A stretch of 64,000 nucleotides of DNA from Phoronis australis (taxonomy: Eukaryota; Animalia; Phoronida), in assembly GCA_002633005.1 (NCBI GenBank), contig NMRA01000066.1:630940-694939 (forward strand), given 5' to 3'. The position numbers were made by a program, and so were the translations under genes. The notes under the pieces were generated by a model. That model worked only from the letters and a program-made list of their open reading frames with translations, did no database searches and had not been told where the DNA came from. Shown in pieces: positions 40,501 to 53,258 of the stretch. Every line of letters starts with the position of its first letter. Position 1 is the first letter of the stretch.

Positions 40501-43333
40501 TGATGATCTTATTGCTGGAATGACGTCTATGTGCGGAATCCATAAAAAACGAAGCACATAAATCAGACTTAGTTTGCAAAGTCGAACGAGCAGTTTCTGG
40601 CTACAGTATATGAAAATGGATGACATCCTTCGACTTTTTCTAAAAGCAGAAATAACGTCAGATTGGGAACTTCACCTATAAGTAGTTTCTAATATGCTGT
40701 CGTAGTTTGCAGCTGCTGGTTACATCTCATATGCAAAATCTGCATACATATACTTACAGAAGATGCACAAACTCAAAGACACCCACCCAGACGTCTACAG
40801 CACATTTATTAACGGCCACCATGCCATAACACCAAGTGACAGATTCTGGGCTGGCTTTTCATCTGACCTTGTAATTGAACAAACCCTCATAAAAACAATT
40901 AAACCATCAGGAGGTTTAACTAGAGGTTGCGGGATAGGAGATACGCAGCATGTACTGTTGCTGCTTTCTATGCAGGTATGCATGCTCAAGTGTAAAATGG
41001 CGCGAAACAAGTGAGCAGCATAAACGATGTACCCTGACAAAGACATCCTCAGCCTTGTTGAATTCCTTCACAACAGAAATCCATTTGAAGGGGATTACAG
41101 AACATCGCCACTATTGTGACTGCAAGCACACGCGTCAATGCCGAAAATGTCAAAGAAACGGGGAAGTCAATTCTTTTGTCTGTACAGGAGTCGCGTGTAA
41201 AATGCTTCACATTCCGAAATAAGACGAGGTTGTGGCAATGACAAGTCCACTAGTTCATGTTGCCAATATTGACTTTACACAAGTGGATCCACAACTGCTA
41301 TTTCAGCGATTACTGGCAGCTGCAAAAGACAACAGTGAATGTTTATCAAGCCGTTTGAAGTTTGAGTTGTGTGTAGCTTCCCCCGCTCTTTTTGTAACAT
41401 CTGGTCTTCCCAAAGTGGCTGAGCTGATACACTCTGATCCAGGGGAGCACGACCTCCCATGTTAGAAGACTGGGTGGGGTAGTAGAAACTGAAGTTCACT
41501 TCAGTGGTGACATAGTGATCAATTCAAAAGAAGAAAGTTCACATTTTTGGCAAACAGCAAAAACAGACAGGCTGGTTGCACAAGGTCAAGGTGACGCAGA
41601 TATTTAATTGTAGAAACAGCAGTAGAGAATGCAGCACAAGTTCCTACTACCCTCATTGCAGACGATAGAGACTTGATGGTTTTTTTGGGTTACCATACTA
41701 CTTCACAACAATTTCCAATATTCAAGATCCGACAAAAGGCACCAAAACGAGAGGAGACTCCGTGACATCAAGAAACTACAGTTGTCTTTTGGTGCCCAAA
41801 CTTTGGCGCTTTTGCCATTTGCGCATGCAATACGTGGTTGCGATACAACATCACGGCAGTTTGGTATTGGCAAGGCTCTCTCATTCATGAAACTTATCGA
41901 TTGAGAATTCTGCGAAAAGGCTAGTAACTAGACTTGATGAACCTGAAGGAAGACATATTTGAAGCTGGTAAAAGATTTGGGCATTATGTACTTGCTATGG
42001 AAATTTAAATGACTTGCGATGCAGGCGATTTGAGGAAAAGGTGTCATCAAGCATAGCCCAAGTCCAAATACAGTCATTACCACCAACTGCTTCAGCAAGT
42101 CAATTCCTTGCTGCTAGGACAAAAACGAGAGTGGTGAAGTATCGGTGGCAGTGAGCTAGACCCGCTGGATTGAGGATGAATGCTGGCAGGTGGAAAACCC
42201 ATTCCAATTACAACCGACCAGCCAGCAGCACCAGAGAACCTGCTGATGGTAAGATGCTCGTGCAAGACCAACTGCAGTTCCAAGAGATGTACTCACAAGA
42301 AGTTAGAATTGCCGTGCTCGGTTGCATGTGGAGAATGCAGTGATATAAGCTGCAACAATTCATTCTCAGTTGAAAGAGATTAGTTGTGTAAATACTTCTT
42401 AGTTGTGTATAGATTTTGATTACACACTGAGAATTACAGCTTTGGACACACCTGTAACATCACTAAAGAGAACCCGAGTGGGAGCTGTTCAAGCACTTAT
42501 AAACTGTTTAACTTGCCAAACATACCTTACTAAACCTTTCTCCTGTCTCAACTGTTGCTGTATTCACTAGCATTTACAACTAACTGGAGGTGACACAACC
42601 GGTCAATTGGTGTGGTTAGTAGATTGCTGAATTAATCGCGGAGAATTATTTTGGACACAACAATTTTTTTACGGAGAATGACCATCCAGTCTAGCAGAAC
42701 CTAATGTTTTTCACCCAAATAAGTTATTATCTGTTTAACAATCTTGAAAATGGTAGTCGTATCAATCAGAGCCAGACAAAAATAATTTTGATGGACATGT
42801 TGATCTCTGGAACTCCGAATATGAAATCTGTGAAGATGGCGTGTCTCTGTCTAACACAAAGCAACTATTTGGTGGCCATATTAGAAAATTGTGGAAGTAA
42901 TCATTAGAGCCAAACGCAATGAGTCTCAATGGATTAGTTGACCCAGAATACCAATAATGCCATGTTTGAATCAAAACGATACACTAATCTGTTCGTGCGA
43001 AGTTGTGCGACTGGAAGTAGTTTTGGCGGCCATCTTGGGAAAATGGCGGATGGTGTCCCCGCAGCCATGCAAAACTATTTCCAATAGATTTGTTGACCCA
43101 CAGAAGATACGTAAATCTTTTTGAATTTTTACTATATCACATTCCACTCTCGAGTTATAATGGTCATACTCAAATCTGGCGGCCATTTTGTCCGCCATCT
43201 TGAAAAACCAACTTCCGCCACCCCGATTCCAGTTGACTTTTTTCTCACACTAAGGGGTATGAGAGGATACAATCTATGCAATAAAACCATCAGCTGCAAT
43301 TATTTCCGGGTTATCTGTAGAATGACTGGACTA
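37535..43333 (+). mobile_element. Decayed Academ (AcademX-type) DNA transposon, ~5.8 kb
   Basis: Imperfect TIRs: TAGTCCAGTAATTCT...gtttttcaagatggcgg at left, ccgccatcttgaaaaacc...AGAATGACTGGACTA at right. The internal disrupted ORF carries transposase, XPG-like and Cys-rich motifs. The possible 3-bp TSD is imperfect (caa/aaa). Confidence 0.7.
40400..42383 (+). pseudogene. Frameshifted, stop-containing Academ-type transposase/XPG nuclease/Cys-finger ORF
   Basis: Fragments: FWLQYMKMDDILRLFLKAE..DWELHL*; FAAAG..YAKSAYIYLQ; FWAGFSSDLVIEQTLIKTIKPSGGLTRG; DPQLLFQRLL..FELC..PALF; HAIRGCDTTSRQFGIGK (XPG/FEN1 H3TH-like); SLPPT; CSCKTNCSSKRCT.KK..PCSVACGECSDISCNN. Confidence 0.75.
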
Positions 43334-44568
43334 AAATAAAACCATAGTACTTTACTGAAATTATATGTTATAGATGATCAGTTTACTCTAGCACCAATAA
43401 CAGTGACAACATCGGACGGAAAAGTAACAACAAGATAAATTCTGATTTTAACATAAAATGTACGTTTTTGCCTTTCTATGTTATTATTGCGCGCAAATTG
43501 ACATAAACAATAAACAGCATTGGGTACGGACTTTGTGTGTCGCGATTGCCTTGCATCTACTGAACGCATCCTATCTTGATGAATGAAAACATTCGAGAAG
43601 ACCTCGCCAGGAGACATCTTTGGGCCGACCCATTACAACTAAATGTTCAGTTCCAAATAATGTGTTCACTTAAATGCAATGACCAAATAATGCCTATTGT
43701 CTTACTTTCGTCCACATCGCTGCGACAATTTCAGTGCTTTTCAAATAGCTGCGAACAACACCCTACACAATACGCTGCCTCGTCTTTATTTCAGCTCAAT
43801 ACAGCGGTCACGTAATATGGTGCGCAAAGCCTACTTACCACTTGGACGTACTTAACTTTGGAATGGTGATTTAACCGTGTTTCCATATATTGCTAGAGCA
43901 TTGTCCGGACTATGAAAATTCCCCAATAATACAAAATCCAAAAGTTCGTCGGAGGAAGGCTTTAATGATGTCGTGCACAAGTGATTAGTCAATCGACTTA
44001 CTTGCACACAATTTTAATTGCATTCTAAAGTAATGAACCAACAACACATGCATAGAAAGCGTGTATTTCTAATGTCTAGCAAATCACAAATGGTTTTTAC
44101 TGTATAAACACGTCTCACGTCCATTTAATACAAACTTTTGGTTAAAATCAACTATAGTTAAGAAGTTGGAGATTACGCTGTAACTCTGGTCTAATTTGGA
44201 AGAACTGACAGCTTAATATTGCTTGAAACCATTGCCAGTAAGTTGTCTTGTCACATTTTGTGCATGATATTAAACTATAACGCATTGCATAATTGAGTTC
44301 GTTCTAAGACTTGGTATCTTTTGTCTCTTGAGAATGGAACAAGTCAAAAATCAGTTTTAAACCTGTCCATGCTCCAAATTACTGTTCTATTTTGCGACGG
44401 AAGATTGAAGAGTCTCATAGCATCTTCTTATGACTCGTTCAGTGAGCTAACTACAGTTGGGATACCAATAGTCCTGCGCATGATGAAATCTTCTGACGAA
44501 TTTGCAAGCAGATATACTTATGTTTCGAGTCAGTCGGAGTGTCTATAAATGTCATAAGGTGCTACTGG

Positions 44569-47500
44569 TCAATTTCCATGGCTGCCGCACTTCCGGCAAC
44601 GGCATGTGGGACAGCCGTTTTTGTCGTAGATCCTGCCGCATGCACATATGTTCTTACACAGAGGTGGGCACGTTGGACACGGTTTGCACTTGCAGATTGG
44701 ACAACCCTTAACTATGACGTTACCACAGGGACAGAATATCTCACAGACAGGAGGACATTGCTTTTCTGAAAGTTAAAGAAACAAAGAATTGGAACAAGCT
44801 GAAAGCGTATGGATCCAACAGGCATCACATTATCATTGTAAGTTGGTGTCAGTACGGTAGTGATTAAGATATCAATTCTTTGGTAATGAAAACTATGCCT
44901 TTTAAAGTTCGAAATCCATCGTATAGCCATTGTAGTTACCGACAATCAGGGTCTAAATGACGTCATTTTATGGTCAATCAAATGTTGACCATCTGTCCTT
45001 GCCCAAAGTACTCATGTCAAAACAACGGAATTGACGTCATTATTAACGGGGCACTCAAAGTATCAACTCACAAGACTTGTATGGGCAATATCACAACGAA
45101 GTGATAGAAATATGATTTTTCATATGAGAAGTCTTTCTAACCAGGTGCAACTTTTGACTAATTCTTTGAAATTATCAATCGAAACTGACTTTCATAATCA
45201 TTTTAGGAAAATGCAACTAAAATACCTTTGGCCAATTTTTGAAATACATTTAGCGCTACCTTTGCCGCGAAATCGCACCCTTAACATTTTCAAACGCGAA
45301 TTACCAATTGCTTAAACTGACTTTGTCCTTATTGATCATTTTAGTGGTATAGATTTTTGTTTTCTCTGATGTTTGTGCTTGTAAGTCTACAGACAAAACC
45401 CCAAGGACCCTCCGAAAGGTGGGGCGGAAGACGGGTCCAACCACACTGATGTAACGCATCGACATAGGTCAATGAGATCGATTACAGCAACACAACAGCG
45501 TACTTGTACATGTACATGTAGCAAGACACTGAAGAACGTCAGTGGGCTGAAGATACAAGATACACCAAGGCAGGATAAAGTGTCTCTGGAGGACTGCAAG
45601 GCAGCTCTTGGATGCAATATCCAGTGAGACGGCAGAGAAACTGAGTCAGGAAACGAACCACAGCCCCGAAAACCTCAAGTATAAGCAACCGACGCATTGG
45701 CGGAGAATGATGTCACGTCGGTTGTGACACAATTTCTTCGGTTGTTGACGTAATACACTATTCCACATATCGGATAGGATATGTCTTAATCCTCAGTTTC
45801 CGTTGCGGCTGTGGGACTCAATTATCTCATGAATCGCCTCTCTCATCACACGGAAAACCAATCCTCCAAAACACTGCTGAGTCATAGTTATATCCACAGG
45901 CAGGGCAACGTTGTTGATAAACCCTACTTTTAAGCGCCTGCTTCGTTTCCCCCAACAAAGGACGGTGCACATTCGCTTTTCGTTCAGTGTAAAAGACAAA
46001 CCACCAAAAGGAACGAATGTGCAGGGCCCTATGTTGGGGAAACGGAACAGGCGCTTAAAAGCAGGGTTTATATAAACACCGTCGCCATACCTATGGGGAT
46101 AACTATGACGCAGCAGTGTTTATTCACCTTGCGCATCAGACCATGACTTTTTTCTGAAAAATGTGGTGATCCTTGATACTGAGGAGGATTGGTTTCCCCT
46201 TGGTGTGAGAGAGGCGATTCACGAGAGAATTGAGTTCCCCAGCTTCAACAGACACTAAGAACTAAGACAAAACCTATCAGCTATGTAGAATAGTGTACTA
46301 CGTCATCAACCAAAGAAAGTGTCACAACCCGTGATAAAAATGTCCACCAGTGTCGACACGCCAGCACTTCGGGTTCAGAAGATCTGTAAAAATCTCCGAG
46401 ATGGGAACGCTACGTTTTTATTAGTATGCCGTTTGTTTGTGTTGAAGAAGTTTGGTTGTCTTTAATGGAAGACCATTGTAACACCTTCCACACTGTTTCC
46501 AGTTATGCATAGCATTAAAAACTTATTTATTCCGAAAGATCGAACATTGTTCATAATCGGGTCTCTATTGCGGTGACACTTCCAAAATTACGTAGGTGTG
46601 GGAAGCCGGGTGACAAGGGGGCAAACAACCTCTCGACCAAAATATCGGAAGGTGAATGTACGTTTTCGACCCCAAATATTCCGGATAGTAATGAGTATCG
46701 ATTAATTATTCAGTTTCGACACGCAAAATAACATTGAAAATAGAACACTCTCCACCACCATGAAATTTTTCCTACGCCTATGTAACAAAGCAGTGATTAA
46801 GGCAATATTACACGAGTAATTAATTTTTTTCAAAGACAGAAATGTCTGCTGACCATTTTTGCAAGATGAATAATAAAAAAATGGAGCATTTCACTAAAAT
46901 CTTTCACGCCTATTTTAAAAACGATTTTTGGATTGAGAATAAGGCTCCATTCGGTAAGTAATTTAGATAGTTATACTTTTGTTAATTAATGAAACTTCAT
47001 CATCTCGGTATAATTTTTTAACGCTACTAAGTCTGCAAGTGATGATAAAGGGCTATGTCGTTTTGGTCGTCTGACCATCTCAACAAAGCAAAACACAACT
47101 TGAACGCATGGTGCTGGAGAATCACTTCGAAAATCGAAATGTTGCCCAGCAACTTTCACCCACATGGAAATTGCGACAATCCACAGACAGTTGAATTCTT
47201 GCAGTTCAATGGTTTTTAATAACATACCAAAATATTGACAATTTTAAATTCATTTTGTTGGGGACAGGGATGTTTGCAAACTTCAAACTAAATCAAATCA
47301 ATTTAACTGCGGTAAACTTTCCTATCGAATCAGTAAGTGAATTTCAATATTAAAAAGTGTTACACTACAAATAAAATCCTACATCTTAATTTTCAAAGTC
47401 AGCACTGCAAGTGGCGTTAAAAGGAAGGGGTGCTGATGTAACTTACCACACATACATTCTCTTCTCTGGGCAAAGAACCAGATCGTCTTTCTACCGTGTG

Positions 47501-50500
47501 GAGTCCCACGTCTGCATCTGCCTCGGGCAAGAAAGGTGACGTCGCGCGTTTGACATTTTCCCAGAGGACTGAAGTTGCACACAGCACTGTAGAATGGTCA
47601 AAACATTACCTGGGACAAGATTACATTATCTTTTCTATGTTAAGGTGCAGGTTAAGAACATTTGACGTTTTTGATACAGACCAGCATCCTGTTTTGTGTA
47701 TTTTATTAGTTGACTGTGGGCAATAACATTCAGGTGACTGAGATTTCAGAAAATTTGAGAAGTCCTTCCGACTTTTAATTTTTTTTAGAGAGGGACAGCG
47801 AAAGGCAGAGCGATATGGGAAGGAGGTGGAGGGGATGTAGACGGGGGGGGGGGAGAGGAAGCAGGGAAATTCTTATTATTCGACATCTGCTACCATCTCT
47901 AAATGTCATGACCAAATCTGTCCAATATGATGTCATCAGGTTATTGAATACCTTTCCGGATAAAGTCAAAGAGGCAAAAACATTGGCTGCAGTAGATTAA
48001 CTTTGCCGGATCCGCCTGTTAATATCTGGATAAGACATCTGATTGACGGTGTTTTTGCCTGTTGATCCAGCTCAACAAGTAAAATCCATCAAGTGTACCT
48101 AGTTTGTATATCCCAATGAACTGGCGTTTTCAACTGAAGGCCACGTCGTGTGCATCCATGAAAAAATACACGGAATGCCCTGAAGAAGTACGAGTATGCT
48201 TGGATATGGCCCAAGTCTTCAGGCACTAACAGCCACCTTTACAGTTCACAGTGTTTTACAAAACGTTCTCCCACTAGCAAATAATCGACACTCCTATGAG
48301 CGAGAACCTGTGAAAGGGTTGCGATTGTGACTGTGGCTTACACTGTTGTGTGGACTAGACTTAAAAATCCATTACGACTGACCTATTCATTTCTAATTCC
48401 TAATAATTTAAGACGATTACTAGATGACAATGTTAACAACCAACATGAGTGCAATTGTGAGGCCTTCAGAAACGTACACAATTCTTGGTGAGTTTTTGTT
48501 TTTAAGTAATGACGCGATTGAGTTGTATAACGATGCCTGGGCACGCCAGAACCAAGTACTCCATTTTGACCTTAACAGAGAATTTCCATCAAGGTTTATT
48601 TTTTCTACTTGAAAGTGATGAAGCAAATTTTTTCTTTTTCTCTGCTTATGAGCCATTCCAGTTGAGGTTCATGAGTTCACATAAATTTCGAGAACCGAAG
48701 GGTTACAATCATTGCACTGTCATGGCACTCATCGCCTACTGTAGGTCTGATAAATGTGTTTCATATAATGTACCTCATGATAAATGTGGGTTTCATATCG
48801 AGAGTCGCAGTATGTAAATGATCTTACGACCAGCCTCGAAACCTACATGTAATGACTTATATTCATTCTATTCGTGCTTTATTAGAAAAATGTTTCTAAA
48901 TAAGAATGAACACCCACTTACTTTTTCGGACGACACACTGTGTTCTTTACAGGCCTAGTGTAATATACGCCTCTGTATGACCGTGAATAGTAAGTCCGCT
49001 TTTTACACGGACGGGCAGGTTCATGCCAATTATGTTGTCGCTTCTGAAGCTTCTCTTGCACCTCTTCCTCCATGTTTGTTTCTTTAGCTGTCAAATCGTC
49101 AGCAAACGTCTCCTCGGTGTTTCTTATGTCGAAGTCACCTAGTCCAACCTGAGCGTCATTCGTGACATCATCTGCACGCGCGTACGCGTACAGGCATACC
49201 AGGATTAGGGCAAGGAATGCCTGTAAGTTCAAATATCACGCTTAGTTACTAACACTCAGTTGTCATGTAAATGAGCCTTGTTCAGATCACTATTCATAGA
49301 GGGCTATAACAATAAGTGACACTATTTGCTAACGTCACTTCCTCAATTCATTCCTTGCTGGCAACCACCAGCATGACACGCACATGCACACTACAGGTCT
49401 TTGCAACAAAACGTATACCTTAATGGCTAAGAATATCTTGTTATACCAGACGATATTCCATTTGCACCTGTAAAGTAGTTATCAACCACGTTCCATTCTC
49501 CAAAACAAATTTCTAGCAATTTCAGAAATATTACATTTACGAAACGGCGTGATTGTCTTCTTGCTTTATGTCAGAAGTGAAATTGGTTTTAAAAATTCAT
49601 TTAGACAAATCAAACGTTCCAGAACATTTCGAATTTGATCTGAGACATTCAATCCGTGAACAGGAAATTATTTAGCCGGGACAGATGCAATAACAACCTG
49701 ACAGTTCTTCGTGAGTCCAAAGATCTCTTCTAAATTGTGTACGAATTAAGATGAGAAGACCATTTTTATACGGGCAAATGACTTGAATCAGACAGTGTTT
49801 TATTACAAAAAAGTTAAAACATGAATTTAATGTCACTTTGACATCCTGAATCCTTAATCCCACCTTTTCGACTAGCTCGTGTAATTAGTTAATTATTTTA
49901 AAAACTATAGATTTTAACTTAGTAAAAGTGTACATTTTCTGAAAGAATTTGATGCTTGACCTTTTTAACAAACTGACATTAATTGGGTAACGTGACCACG
50001 TCTACTGTCTTTTGGTAAAATTGAACAAAACAATTGCATCGATAACGTAATACGAAGGCCCACACGTGCCATGAAAGAAATTGAATCTGCTAACACGGTT
50101 TGCCAGTCTGTTCATAAGGATTGCCAATCTATTCATAAGGATTGCCAATCTGTTCATAAGGATTGCCAATCTGTAATTACGGATTTCTGATCTCTTAATA
50201 AGGATTTCCAAGCTGTATTATGGATTGGCAATTGGTTGGTTTCGACCAGTGACTCATACGCAGAGCATTGTAGTGGAAGTGCCATCGACCTTTGAGAATC
50301 GTGTTGACTTAAGACAGAGATTTGACAAACTTTGTAGATTTAAAGCACATGCTATAGCACTTTTATAAATATTTTATATGTATGTTACAAGTTTTAATTT
50401 CGATATTGAAATAGTTAAACATTCTACGCACTAATTTTGTTTTGTATGCTCTCGTTTTTGTTGCAGTTTGTTTCCTGGGAAAAAGGACAAGTTCCCTCTC

Positions 50501-53258
50501 TTTGTATTTAACTTATTTCAATCAGTTAAATACAAACATCTAGATCTAGATTCATCAGCCACCTATATTCCATCGTAGCGATTTGAAAAAAAATATGTGC
50601 CTGTACATGATTTGCATTTTGTTTCTTTAAAACCGCATGCTGCGCCATCTTTCTTTTGGTCAATGTTTTGCACAAAACCATTCGTATTTGTTTCTTTTTA
50701 ATACGAAGTGTTAGCGTTCCTAATTAGACATAAAATCATGGACCGAATGGTGTTCATGCTTTGCTAGAACACGAACTGATGTTATTCTAATTTGATGTTA
50801 GTGATTTCGGCATTACCTAGACTACTTGGCACTGCACGGGGCTTTAAGGGGCGTGATTACCTTGTTGTCTTATGTCAAAAGTGAAATTGGTTATAATAAT
50901 TCATTTTCTAACTCAGTACAATTCTTGTCAGCATTGTGCATTTGCATATATTCTTTTCCAACGTTTCGACAAAAAGCACTTCACCATTCCCAACGAAAAT
51001 ATCCAACCACCACAGCATGGTCAGACGTATCACGAACAATAGCTCACTTGCGAGTTTCTCGCTAGTCACTGTGACGTCACCGCAAAGGGGGCAAAACCCG
51101 CCATATTGCTCTTGTTTTGCCCCGAGTCTTTGCTACACACGCTAAAACTTACTGGAGTTCTTATGGTGAATTTTACGCTTAAAACGTTAAAACAACTTAA
51201 GATATGGTAGATGGGTCGTGGAATAACTGTGAATAGACGAAGAAAATGTGACCTTGTTATGTTGTGNAGGCTCTCCTTATTAGCTAGGGTTTCACTGATT
51301 CTGGGGTCGGTTGAGCTCACCCTTTGGGGATATCTTTGACCTCTGCATGAAACTACTTTACAAGGGACCTTTGGTTTAGTTGTTCGTGTTACTTGTAACC
51401 ATTCTTGAGGTGGTAGGAAATTTTTCTTGAAAGTGGTGAAGTGAATTTCATGGAAACGTTGAACATGTATGTATGTAAATTCACGATGCTAACAACAATT
51501 ATGCTGAGTTTTCTAATTTTACTAATGTGACCCAAAACAACTATCGCTAATAATTCATTTTGACAAGTCAAACGTGCCGGTACATATCAAATTTGATCTG
51601 AGACATTCAGTTCGTGATCTGGACATTAATGGACCTAGTATGAATCAATAACAACTTGACAGCTCTTTGTGAGTCCAAAGATTTCTTCTAAGCTGTGTAA
51701 TAAATAAGATGAGACCATGTTTGTACTAGTAAATGACTTAAATCAGACAGTATTTCATTACCAAAAACATTACTTTAAATCAGCTCTAACATCCTTAAAC
51801 TTTTATCAGACTTTACCGACTGGCCCGTGTAATTATCAAACTACTTGAAAACACATAGATTTTAACTCAGTAAAAGTATACATTTTCTGAAAGTAAAGGT
51901 AGCGTAGAATTTGATGCTTAAACTTTTTAACAAACTGCCGTGATTTGGGTACAGTATCTTTTGGTAAATTTGAGCAAGACAGAGATATCAATATCGTAAT
52001 ACGAAACCCCAATAGTGTCATGAAGAAATAAAATTTGAATCTGCTAATACGCTTTTTCCAATCTGTGAATATGGATTGCCAATCTGTTATGTCGGATTGT
52101 CATTCTGTTATTACGGATTGTCAATCACTTATTACGGATTGTCAATCCGTTAATTATGATTGGAAATCCGTAATAACAGACTGGAAAACCATATTAACTG
52201 ATTGGCAACCCGTATTAACAGTTTGGCAAAATGTAATTACAAATTGGTATTCCCTATTAACACATCCATTTTTATTTTTTCTTGGCACGAATGGGCCTTC
52301 GTATACCCTTCCATACTCTTTATGTTATTTCTGATTTTCCTGTGTACAGTTGTAAAGCAAACTGCCAACAAAAGAAGTAAAAATATTACCCTCAGGCACA
52401 TGGTAAAATGAACGTGGTGGAAGTGAAATCAACGGTGAAATAAACAATGTCAGAGAATGTGAATAAAAAACGGCAGAGGTCTAACTGAACACAACCATCG
52501 TGCAGTAAGCTGCTTATTCAGCACAAATTTTGAGACTAATTAATAGAGGCTAAAAATCTGAAACCGAAATGGGTCATTTTATACAAGCGAGAAGTCGTGT
52601 TGCTTGTTATCTCGTTCTATTTATTTTCCAGCCATGTTGGTGTAAAATGATCTTGAATGGACACACCTTTCAAATGCAAGGACAACTGTCGGGATAGAGA
52701 ACATAACGTGCGTTCAATGTAACGCTATTCACAAGAATGAATACGAAAACATTTATCCATAAGACTTGTGAATTCTCATTAACAACATTACATTTGGCCA
52801 CTGGTCGCAATCGTTACCAACATGGGTTGTTCCTCATGACAAGGTTACGAGACTTTATATTGTGATAGTAAATAAGTACATTCCGTCTATCACCTGGTTT
52901 GTTGTTGTCTCTTGCGATCTTTTTCAGCGCATATTTGTCTATCAGATAATCATTTTATATGTTGTTGTTATAGTACACATTATTAATGGTGCTGCCGCTT
53001 GGTTTAATGCCAACATGAGAGTCAAACCTAGGTACGAAAGTCCTGATGTTATTATCAACAAACGAATTAGTGTAACAATTGTTAAATAGAACTTTTTATA
53101 CGACATATGGCAAGCTATGCCTACCCCTTTTAAAACGAATGAGGAAAGGTGAGAGGCATTTGATAACAAATTAAAAATTGAAACCAAAAACACAGTATAT
53201 AGATTGCGTTCTATATCAATACACTGAGAACAAGTTGTTTACTTACAAACTTTTTCAT
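44569..53258 (-). CDS. Secreted Cys-rich precursor, copy A (215 aa): signal peptide + acidic propeptide + KR site + 7-Cys cationic domain + 2 antistasin-like modules
   Basis: Exons (minus): 53258-53247 (ATGAAAAAGTTT|gtaagt; the least certain exon), 49220-48922, 47586-47447, 44765-44569; 648 nt in frame. MKKFAFLALILVCLYAYARA/DDVTND...EEEVQEKLQKR/QHNWHEPARPCKKRTYYSRSYRGVYYTRPVKNTVCRPKNAVCNFSPLGKCQTRDVTFLARGRCRRGTPHGRKTIWFFAQRRECMCEKQCPPVCEIFCPCGNVIVKGCPICKCKPCPTCPPLCKNICACGRIYDKNGCPTCRCRKCGSHGN*. Confidence 0.85.
45660..46380. mobile_element. Penelope-like retroelement remnant (GIY-YIG endonuclease 3' end) as two inverted partial copies
   Basis: Plus strand ~46030-46250 reads YVGETEQALKSRV..HRR / AVFIHL / NVVILDTEEDWFPLGVREAIHERIEFPSFNR across frameshifts. 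~45700-45960 is a diverged reverse complement of this. Absent from the equivalent intron of copy B. Confidence 0.7.
46590..46782. mobile_element. Short MITE (taggtgtggg...cctacgcctatg), also in the paralogous intron at ~61468-61671
   Basis: Imperfect TIRs; present at the equivalent position in both gene copies. Confidence 0.45.
50050..50232. repeat. 21-bp minisatellite (gattgccaatctgttcataag)n inside a partial MITE
   Basis: Three near-perfect units (the source of the NRLAILM x3 ORF), preceded by tacgaaggcccacacgtgcca. Confidence 0.7.
52000..52303. mobile_element. MITE with an internal degenerate 21-bp minisatellite
   Basis: Left tacgaaaccccaatagtgtca, right tggcacgaatgggccttcgta (reverse complement of the 50051 terminus). 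Internal gattgccaatc-type repeats give the DCQSV/DWKSV ORF. Confidence 0.6.

Noticed and set aside
49221-49232. TTG start of ORF 48918-49232 (MNLQ...)
   Set aside because: Lies in the splice acceptor (ttacag|GCA); the real start is most likely the micro-exon at 53258-53247.
50002-52334. Repetitive ORFs (NRLAILM)n and (DCQSV..)n; possible CRISPR-like array
   Set aside because: 21-bp tandem minisatellite with no unique spacers, inside a MITE, in a eukaryotic genome.
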